Positions 13,360 through 23,877 of a stretch of DNA of 64,000 nt are shown here, piece after piece. The stretch covers positions 5,086,001-5,150,000 of the forward strand of contig NC_087252.1 in NCBI RefSeq assembly GCF_037042905.1. The letters run 5' to 3'. A program made the translations under genes and the position numbers. The notes under the pieces were generated by a model. It did no database searches. It was not told the origin of the DNA and saw nothing but the letters and a program-made list of their open reading frames with translations. The first letter of the stretch is position 1, and every line of letters starts with the position of its first letter. This DNA comes from Lytechinus pictus (lineage: Eukaryota).

Positions 13360-13495
13360 ATATGACCTCATGAATACATAATTAGCCCTATTGAAGTCAA
13401 TGTATTACTGGCCTGGTTCCTAACTTTTAGAACCAGGCCAATAATACATTGACTTCAAAGGGGCTAATGACATGTATGTATTCATGAGGTCATAT
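13360..13495. repeat. Near-perfect inverted repeat (~62-bp arms, short loop)
   Basis: atatgacctcatgaatacata..ttagcccct.ttgaagtcaatgtatta.tggcctggttc / gaaccaggcca.taatacattgacttcaa.ggggctaa..tatgtattcatgaggtcatat. Confidence 0.9.
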
Positions 13496-14043
13496 CTCAG
13501 GCCCCCAAGTACCGATTCGCACCAAGTTTTGGTAGTGGAGGTGTTTCATCATGCTCTACCAAAATATGGTATCAAAAATGCTGAAATGCAAAAAAATGAG
13601 TTTTTTGTGACGTCATCACTTCAGTACTCTATATAAACCAAGACTTCCATAGGTCTAATTATGTGAACAGTGTACATGATCTTCCATTTTGAGACATCCC
13701 TAACTACATAGTGGAAGTGTCTTGTAAACAAAGCACAGACTATTCCATTCTCTAAAAACAGGGGTGATAGCTTACCACAAAAGAGTCATTCTCCCTTGAT
13801 CAATCTCTTGGATATCAGAAAGGATTCTTTGTCCCCTATCTTGAGTAACATCCCTAACTATTTAGTGGAAGTGTCTTGAACACCATGCCCTGACTATAAT
13901 TCCATTCTCTAAAAACAGAGGTGATAGCTTACCACATAGGAGTCCTTCCCCTTTCTAGAGTAACACCCCTAACTGTAAAATGGAAGTGTCCGAACACAAT
14001 GCCCTGATTACTTCATTCTCCAAAAAAGGGGGTCATGGCTTAC

Positions 14044-14254
14044 CACATAGGAGTCCTTCTTCCTTTATCAATCTCCTGGACATCAGGAAGGATTCTTTGT
14101 CCCCTATCTTGAGCCACATATCAACGACTGTCCGGTCAAGGACAGTAGGAATGAAATCATATCCGGTTCCCTCCACCTCGTAGCTGGTGACGTCCGTCTC
14201 GTTTAGTTTCTCTGGTTGGGCGAGGATTGAACCTAGGGGATCAACTCCGACAAC
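14044..14254 (-). CDS. CBS: CBS coding exon 6
   Basis: [70 protein letters not shown]; ttgcag acceptor, GTAAGC donor; 211 nt. Confidence 0.97.
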
Positions 14255-14303
14255 CTGCAAGGAAACAAAATCAATAGTTTTAATACAAACCTAGGTGTCA
14301 TTA

Positions 14304-14709
14304 AGGCCCGAATTCACATAGGTGGTTTTGAAAACCCACGGTTGAATCCATAGTTTATGCAGATTTCCTGTATATATTACGCTTAATTTACAGCGTATCG
14401 GGCGTGAGTATAAAACATGTCCAATGCTAATGCGCACTTTTGTCACAGTGCGCCAAATTGACGCCTGTTACCATGGTTAGATACGCTATTTTATTCATGA
14501 GTCCACTCTCCAAACAGTGGACTCATGAATAAAAAAGCGTGGATAACCACGGCAACAGGCGTCAATTTGGCGCACTGTGACAAAAGCGCGCATCAGTATT
14601 GGGCATTTTTTAATATACGCGGTAAAGTAAGCGTAATTTATACAGGAAATCTGAATAAACCATGGACTCAACCGTGGGTTTTCAAAACCACCTTTGTGAA
14701 TTCGAGCCT
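14304..14709. mobile_element. Fully palindromic ~405-bp MITE (Harbinger/Tourist-like)
   Basis: aggcccgaattcac...gtgaattcgagcct; the arms pair over almost the whole length around gagtccact/agtggactc; preceded by TTA. Confidence 0.85.
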
Positions 14710-15183
14710 ATCTGTTCATCGACAAGTTCAAAGGTCATGAACTGAAGCCACTTTTGGGAGCGTTTTATGAAAGAATATGTCAGATTGTTTATCCTACAAA
14801 GTCTGTTTTATCAGACGATAGTAACAGTGCTTCTCAGCCAATCAAAATCAAGGAAAGTTGGAGCAAGCCGAATCCCCCCATTGGATAACAGGGTAATTTA
14901 CAGTTATCATACCTCTCATTTTCATACTGTACTTTTCTTTCCCCCCCCTTCTTGCATTTTCTCCTCTTTTTCGTTTTTGTAATCTACTACTTGAAAAATT
15001 TAAGTGGGGCTGTTGCCTAATCTGCCCCCTCCCTTGTTCTGCATCTGATTAAACAGCACAGATACATATGAATGCACACTTTGGTCACTCTAATGAAATC
15101 AATGTTTTTGTATCATTATGGGAGGATATGCAAGGGTGCTTGTTTGGGGCACTATATTGATGTCAATATCTCTATTTTTGTAC

Positions 15184-15275
15184 CTTTATGTGAGGGTTGA
15201 GTTCCTTGAGTTTCCTGCCGATACCGGTCACTGTTCCTCCTGTTCCTGCTCCACAAACAACCATGTCTACCTTAC
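15184..15275 (-). CDS. CBS: CBS coding exon 5 (GTGGT phosphate-binding loop)
   Basis: [31 protein letters not shown]; cag acceptor, GTAC donor; 92 nt. Confidence 0.96.
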
Positions 15276-15875
15276 CTGTAGATAAACAATAGAGGGCAGC
15301 AAAACAAGATACAAAAATAATGACAAGGTACAATATGAAATAGTATGTTCATTAATTACTTTTGATATTGCATATTTTCACAATTTTTTAAAAACTAATT
15401 AATCACAGGAAAAAAGATATAAAGGCACTTTTATTTTTTGCTATTCAGATTAGCTAATTTCTACATGTATATTGGAATAAAAAATCACGATATAGTATAT
15501 GTCGTGAATTATTATTTTACACTCTATGCAAATATATGATTATTATCTATGTAAAAATCTATCTGAAAAAATGTAAGAAAGAAATATTGTACAGAATATT
15601 GTTTTCTAAATAAATGTACCTTTCTCATTGGATGCTTGGAACATATTATTCTTAATATGAATGAGGATAAATAGTTTTTTTTCAAAGTGAAATATTAATA
15701 GTGAGACACTGATTATTTGGAAGTGGTTTAACTTTCATATACAACATCCAATAAAGATAATTTGTTTTTAACAATATCTATAAGTGGTCAGTTTTGCATA
15801 AGAAAATAAAAAAACGTGAAATTAACAAAGCATGAATAGAGCAAAATATTGTCTTCACAATCAAACTATCCATAC

Positions 15876-16160
15876 CATTGCACTGTTGCCAAATCTCTGT
15901 TGCCGTATTATCGTAGTGCGCTAACGGATTCCCAGCATTTCTGTACTGATCAAGAATCACAGAATTCGGTATCTCCCGGTTCAGACGCTGCGCGACGCTG
16001 ATGTGAGATTCAGGAGCATCGAACCTCGCGGACGTAGGTGTCCTTACAATCTCGGCTCCAAGCGCACGGAGGACGTCGACTTTCTCGTTGGACATCTTTT
16101 CTGGCATGACGATGATGCAGCGGTAGCCCTTGACGGCTGCTACCAAAGCAAGACCAATTC
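15876..16160 (-). CDS. CBS: CBS coding exon 4
   Basis: [42 protein letters not shown]...[26 protein letters not shown]; tag acceptor, GTATG donor; 285 nt. Confidence 0.97.
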
Positions 16161-16934
16161 CTATACCATAAAAAAAAAGAATGGATAAAATACTGAGTGA
16201 AAGGGATAAAATGCAGTGTTTTGTTTTTTGTTCCTTTCTCTCTCTCCTTATCAAAATTTGTCTAAATCCCAGAATTTTACCCGCAATGAAATTCAATCCA
16301 ATTCAAATTATGTTGCTTACTCTTCTTAATGAAGCTTTGAGAAAGAGTGGATCCAGGAATTCATTCATGAAGGGGCACAGAAAATGAATTAATTTCTTCA
16401 AATTTTTCTGACAAGTAAAGAGTACATATGGGGTTTCCTCATCTCAACTGGACATAATTTCCTGAATTGAAAATTTTGACAAGCAAAATTTTACATCTTG
16501 ATTCCATAGATGTTAAGTTTTTTTTATGTAACTTTAAAATGCAGGCACAATACAGAATTTGGGCAATGCTGGGGGACATGCCCCGTACGCCCCTCCTCAA
16601 AAGCGAGGCTGAAATAAAGTCTTTTTATAATGTAATTTATAAGGAGACCACCCAATTCATATCCTCCCATAATGCTGGTCAGTTTGGCTCATTAAACCTG
16701 AATCAGAGAAAGAAAATTACATGGGGGCTGGGAGCAATTTCACCCCTGAAATGCTCAACAGAGCCCCCGAAATACCCCATTCACTGCAATGGTAAAGTTT
16801 ATCAAATGCTGCAGATTTAGGCAAACGTGTGTGAAAAGTAGCCCCTGAAATGTTTTTTTTCCTGGCCTGAATTCAAGTCAGAACATCTCAAAGCCTGTAC
16901 TCTCAAAGTCTCAAAGTTTTGTACAATACAAACC

Positions 16935-17765
<831 letters not shown>

Positions 17766-18964
17766 TCATTTTTGTAATATTGGCATGTTTATGATACTAA
17801 TAATCAGGGAAAAATTACAAGCGGACTGGGGGTAGTCTGCAGGCACAGACCCTGATTGAAACTTTGATCAACAAGTGTGTCTCCATGCAAAGAGTAGCAC
17901 ATGTATACAAAACTTGCTGTTGGGCCATCAGTACACAAGGCATGAGTAGGCTGCAATTCAGACCCTTTACTCGAGTGAAGGGTTTGCACAGCAGACTAGA
18001 CTGAGGGTGATTTAGCTTTTGTTTTGTTTATATTATGATGTGTACATGATCTATTCTTGTTTCCTCTATTGTATTGGGGTGCATAGAAAAACTTTGTTTA
18101 TAATAAGTGATGTATTATTAATATTATTTAGCCATCGAAATGCTCACAAGAGCACTGATAACTAAATAACGGCCCTGAAACATCCCCATACATCGCAGTA
18201 TTAAAGCTTTACAATGTTGCAAATTTAGGCAGTAAGTTGTAAATAGTAGTAGCCCCTGAAAAATATATATATTTTTTGCCTGCTTGTGGCCATCTATCCA
18301 GGGTTCAATGATTTCAAACATAGGCAGACCTGTATTAATCTAATATATCTTCAGTACTTTGCCTGTATTTGCTGTTTAACACAAAAGAAGTAGGGTATGA
18401 TTAAATTGTATTCAGGGCTGGGTTTAACCAAACAGGATGCACAGCGGGGGAATCATAAAACAAATACATCCCACAAAAATGAATGTGTGGGGTATGAATA
18501 AACTGTTTATAAGGTTGGTTTTGAACCCCCCCCCCTCCCTGGCAGAAAATCATGAATTGAATAATAACAAACATGAAACCTTGGTTCACAAATTATAAAT
18601 CCTTATTTTTTATGTTTGGGGGCTACTTCTCACAACTTACTGCCCAAATCTTCAACATTGGATACGTTTTATATTGCTATGAAGGGCTTTTTTTTAATAG
18701 CATTTTGGGGGTACATCGCCCCTAGCCCCTGTGCAGTTTTCCCTATTAACAGATACAGTAATTGATATAATCTTACAAGGTACATGTAGCTGGAAATGTA
18801 TTAAAGCATGTCAACTGATATGCAGATGCCCGCTTTGAGTGCATGCACGTTTAAAATTACTACCATCACAAATTAATTGAAAATGTAAATGCAGATCATC
18901 TTTTAGCAACCAGGTACAGTTTAAATACTTTAGCCCTGCATGTACAAACTACATAGTATTCAAT

Positions 18965-19860
18965 AACAAGTGGAATGCCTCTGGCCGTCTCACCTGCATC
19001 ACGCGATTCAATATAGCAGCAGTGCTGATTTTGAAAACTACTATAACTCGCACAAGATGTTCAGTGATACTTGGTTACTCTTATTTCCACGTTTTATGAA
19101 CTAGACCAATACACTTATAGAGATATGATGGCAATTCAACAAATACCCCCAACGTGGCCAAAGTTCTTTGACCTTACATGACCTTTGACCTTGATCATGT
19201 GACCTGAAACTCGCACAGGATGTTCAGTGATACTTGATTACTATTATGTCCAAGTTTTATGAACTAGACCAACACACTTTCAAATTTATGGCTGTAATTC
19301 AACAAATACCCCAATTTGGCCAAAGTTCATTGACCCTAAATGACCTTTGACCTTGATCATGTGACCTGAAACTTGCACAGGATGTTCAGTAATACTTGAT
19401 TACTATTATGTCCAAGTTTCATGAATCAGATCCATAAACTTTCAAAGTTATGATGGTAATTCAACAGATACCCCCAATTCGGCCAAAGTTCATTGACCCT
19501 AAATGACCTTTGACCTTGGTCATGTGATGTGAAACTCATGCAGGATGTTCAGTGATACTTGATTAACCTTATGTATAAGTTTCATGAACTAGGTCCATAT
19601 ATTTTCTAAGTTATGATGACATTTCAAAAACTTAACCTTAGGTTAAGATTTTGATGTTGATTCCCCCAACATGGTCTAAGTTCATTGACCCTAAATGACC
19701 TTTGACCTTGGTCATGTGACATGAAACTCAGGCAGGATGTTCAGTAATACTTGATTAACCTTATGGCCAAGTTTCATGAACTAGGTCCATATACTTTTTA
19801 AGTTATGCTGTCATTTCAAAAACTTAACCTCAGGTTAAGATTTGGTGTTGACGCCGCCGC

Positions 19861-19891
<31 letters not shown>

Positions 19892-19938
19892 GGAAAAGCG
19901 GCGCCTATAGTCTCACTCTGCTATGCAGGTGAGACAAA
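18965..19938. mobile_element. Helentron-associated (HINE/DINE-1-like) non-autonomous element with internal ~162-bp tandem repeats
   Basis: Subterminal inverted repeats gtctcacctgcat / atgcaggtgagac, 3' stem-loop gtctcac..gtgagac, (GCC)n stretch, internal tandem units. A second copy lies at 37370-37978. Confidence 0.75.
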
Positions 19939-20222
19939 AAATTGCTTGTTATTTTCTTACTAAGCCTATCTTTCAGAGGATAATCATTTTTTTTTGGTAG
20001 TCTGCCTCAATTCCATCCTTGTTCTGAGCCCCCTTTTCCCCCACAGCAGTTCCATTGCAGAAACATGTACATGTAGTTATGTTTTTTTTAATTGATAATT
20101 TGTTCATATGATCTTTACATGTATTCAATGATAATCATATGACTTCTCTGCATATTTTGTTTTTAATATCAGAATTGAAAACAGATGAATTGAAATTATA
20201 CCTCCCCTATCATTCTTGTCTA

Positions 20223-21178
20223 CAGTGCGTATCAAAGAAAAGTTTACACTTTGAAAAAGCCCTGAGAATTAAAAAGTATACAACATGTGGGTAATTTTAT
20301 AATCTTATAATCTTAGGTTTGGGTCTCATCTATCCAATGAAAGTAAAATTTTGACAGAATGTTACACTTGAGTGAGCACTGTCCATTTTTGTAAAGCTCA
20401 CAAAAATCTGTTAGCGCAGGAATGCTTGTTTTCACGCTGTGTCAAGGGAAAAGGGCGAAATCAAATTTACCCTGCAAAACATTTCGCATACATTTCCCTT
20501 GCACCTTTAGTAAATCGAAATAAAACAGATACATTCAAGCATTTTGTAACAATTTTGCCATCCAAATTGAAATTTCAACACTTAGTAAGCACAACCTTTA
20601 CCCTTTTTGGGCCAGCTGGATCTAGTTTATATCAGACATCTCCAGCATTTTTGTCACTAAGTTTTTGTCATTTAAAGTGGGTTTACATTTCATTTTTTAT
20701 TTAATACTTCTTTCTCCACACCTTTTCCAAGCTTGACAATGATTAACAAAATGAAAATCAAGCCTTAGCCATTTCATGTAAATCACAGCTCAGTGTAAAG
20801 TAAATATCGTCACAATGGCCTCGGTGTGTGGGGGAGTGGGGTGGGGCGCAATGCACTCTTTGCAATGTTTTAGGAAACAAGTTAAAAAGGTAAAAGATAT
20901 CTGCAAATCAATTTTACTAGCTAAATTCAACGTGTTCTTCATGATTAAGGTCTACTTTTATTCGCATAACTATTTCAAAGTTCTGCGCAAATAATTTTTC
21001 ACTAACTTTTCAAAAGTAAGTGGTGCTCACTCAAGCGGAAATATTTGACAGTTATATCGTCATTTGCTTAAAAATGGATCTGTACCAATGTTAAAATGTG
21101 GAAAAATCTTCAGGATATTACAAATGTGTAATTTTACAGAATTTTTTCCAAGTGTAAACTTTTTTTTGATACGCACTG
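20223..21178. mobile_element. Tc1/mariner-type non-autonomous transposon
   Basis: TA|cagtgcgtatcaaa.aaaagtttacactt ... aagtgtaaacttttttttgatacgcactg|TA; no transposase ORF. Confidence 0.9.
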
Positions 21179-22288
21179 TATAGTACTCTTCATGACCTTA
21201 GCCACAGGAACTTTCAACTACAAAACAAACAAGATGGAATATAGAGCAATAATGTCAACCCTGTTTGTATTCAAGAGGGCAAGTCTTCACCAATCTGATG
21301 TACACACAAAGTATGTGTAAGAGTAAGAGTAAACATTGCATTCATTCACAAAGTCATCCACTATTGACCGTTTACCTGCATGACTTAGCACATTGTGACA
21401 CAGTATAGAAGACCTATCTTGCTTGCAGCTAAGGAAATACATTAGGAAGGAAATACAGTATATGAAGACAACAGGCAATTTTGCACCCCCCCCTGACAGC
21501 CCACATCGCCCCTAAAATCCCCCAAATGCATGCTTTGGGGCAACCATTCTTTCTAAAGATCTCTCACAAACAACAGTAAAGATTATTTAGAAAATCAATA
21601 ATATTAGCCAATTTTCATATAGCGCTTTTCCCAGAATATTCTTATTATGGCAGAATATAATGATATTTGCTTTGACTGCATAATTGCTTGTCACCCCTAA
21701 CAAGTAGCCCTTTATAAAATGAAAGAAATAGCTCCCAAAATTCTGCAATCGCCCCAATGTAGAAGAAAAAGATACCCCTTAAAAAATAAAGATAATTTCC
21801 TACCCTGCTTACTTGGTAAAGCAGTCAAGTTTTCTAGGTGTTAGTACATGTAGTGCATTTCAATAGACACCTAGTCTGCAAGCACAGACTCATGTTTGAC
21901 ACTTCAACCAATCATACCAGGTCTAGAATGAAGACTAGCCATCAAACCCTCATGTCACATACTTGGTATACGCAGCCACAGTTCATAGCGAATCTAGTCT
22001 CACTACTTCAGACTCTCCATTATGCACTATGCAAACAGCGCGAAACCAAAGGTCTGTGCCTGCAGACTAATCGACCCCTTTGCAAAACTTGGTCATCACA
22101 CATCCGATGACGATGACGGAATAGTGACAGTGCTACACGGCCCAATAGTGGGCTGATAATTCAGTCAAAATTACTGTACTGGTATTTTTTTTCATCTACT
22201 TCATATATACTTGTCATTGATTGATTTTCCACATGTTTATCTTTTTTTGCTGAGATGTTAATTTTTATTTCTTTTTCAATCATTTATT

Positions 22289-22561
22289 CATCTATCTATC
22301 TATCTATCTATCTATTACTAATTTACTAGTATCTATCTATCTATCTATCTATCCATCTATCTATCTATCTATCTATCTATCTACATCTATCTATCTATCT
22401 ATCCATCCATCGATCTATCCATCTATCTATCTACTAGTATCTATCTATCTATCTATCTATCTATCCATCCATCCATCGACCTATCCATCTATCTATCTAT
22501 CTACTAGTATCTATCTAAGTATCTATATATCTATTTATCTATCTATCTATCCATCTACATG

Positions 22562-22647
<86 letters not shown>

Positions 22648-22677
22648 CATGTATCTATCTATCTATCTATCTACATG

Positions 22678-22732
<55 letters not shown>

Positions 22733-22868
22733 TTATCTATCTATCTATCCATCTATCTATCTACATGTATGTATCTATCTATCCATCTACATGTATCTAT
22801 CTACTAGTATCTATCCATCCATCCATCTATCCATCCATCCATCCATCCATCCATCCATCCATCCATCC
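22289..22868. repeat. (ATCT)n/(ATCC)n compound microsatellite
   Basis: ~580 bp of atct/atcc units with interspersed actagt/acatgt. Confidence 0.97.
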
Positions 22869-23761
22869 AGTTGAATCTTGTCACATGGGGTTAAAAATCC
22901 AAGTACTCCCCTCCTGTGTCTTTGCACATAAAAGAGATCATAGTGTTTCTGTACACCTGTGTACACTTTTAAAAATCCCCTGTAAGTTCCTCACTGAAGC
23001 CTGGATGGCAAGCTGTGCCGAGCCCCACCCCCTCTCTTCCCATTTGTTGAGGCTTGGTTGCACAGCATGTGCATTGCATGTTCCTACTTTGTCCATTCCT
23101 TTAATAAGTGTGGATGGCAAATTTGACCCCCCCTCTTTCTCCAGCCCCCACCTCAAATGAGTTTTAAATGACCCTGTTGGGTGTCATATGCAAGCCGATG
23201 GTGCTTCATTCTAGAGCTCAAGTCTACTTGCTCATACATCATTCTCAGAATGCAGAAATCAAAGGAAAGTAGAGTGTAACTCTGTATTCATGTCTGGCAA
23301 GCAGAATTTTTGAACTCTTTCAATCATTATCAAACAATCATTATTACCATAATTATTGATCATTATTATTATATCCATCCGTCTATCTGTGATCTATTAC
23401 AGGCTTTGTTAATTGCGATTAATGTTATACATGTATGTTCATGTAAAGCATGATAGCTCTACACATGAAGCCTTTTTTTATGTGTAGCTTAATCAAATAC
23501 ACTGTACTTGTGTATTTGGCACTTAAGCCTTCTATTTAGAAAATGAGACTTTCTCTACAGTAGGTCCACTTTTTCCTCGTTCTTTTGGGGTGGGGTGACC
23601 GGCTTAATTCATGAGCAAATGATAGAGCGTAAAATAGAAAACAATTAGCTCACTTCATCCCTGTCAACGAATGGGGCAACAATACTCTGGTTAAGGGCTT
23701 TTTTTGCCAGGGACATTTGACAATTCAATTCACGATTTACTCCCAAGGGTGTAAGACTTAC

Positions 23762-23877
23762 ATATTTGGCACTTGAGACCCGTCCCCTTTGTTATGCTGT
23801 TGATGCGGACAAGGGGGGTGTTTCCGATCATCTTCAAGACATTGGGTTGAGTTCTCTCACGAATCTTATTACTCTCA
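23762..23877 (-). CDS. CBS: CBS coding exon 2
   Basis: ESNKIRERTQPNVLKMIGNTPLVRINSITKGTGLKCQI; tttttttcag acceptor, GTAAGT donor; 116 nt. Confidence 0.95.

Noticed and set aside
13776..13846. In-frame TGA in the duplicated exon piece as selenocysteine or a mutually exclusive exon
   Set aside because: The TGA replaces Gly, not Cys; the copy lacks an acceptor and most of the exon; no SECIS was identified.
22559..23160. ORFs with YLSI repeats
   Set aside because: Translations of the (ATCT)n microsatellite.
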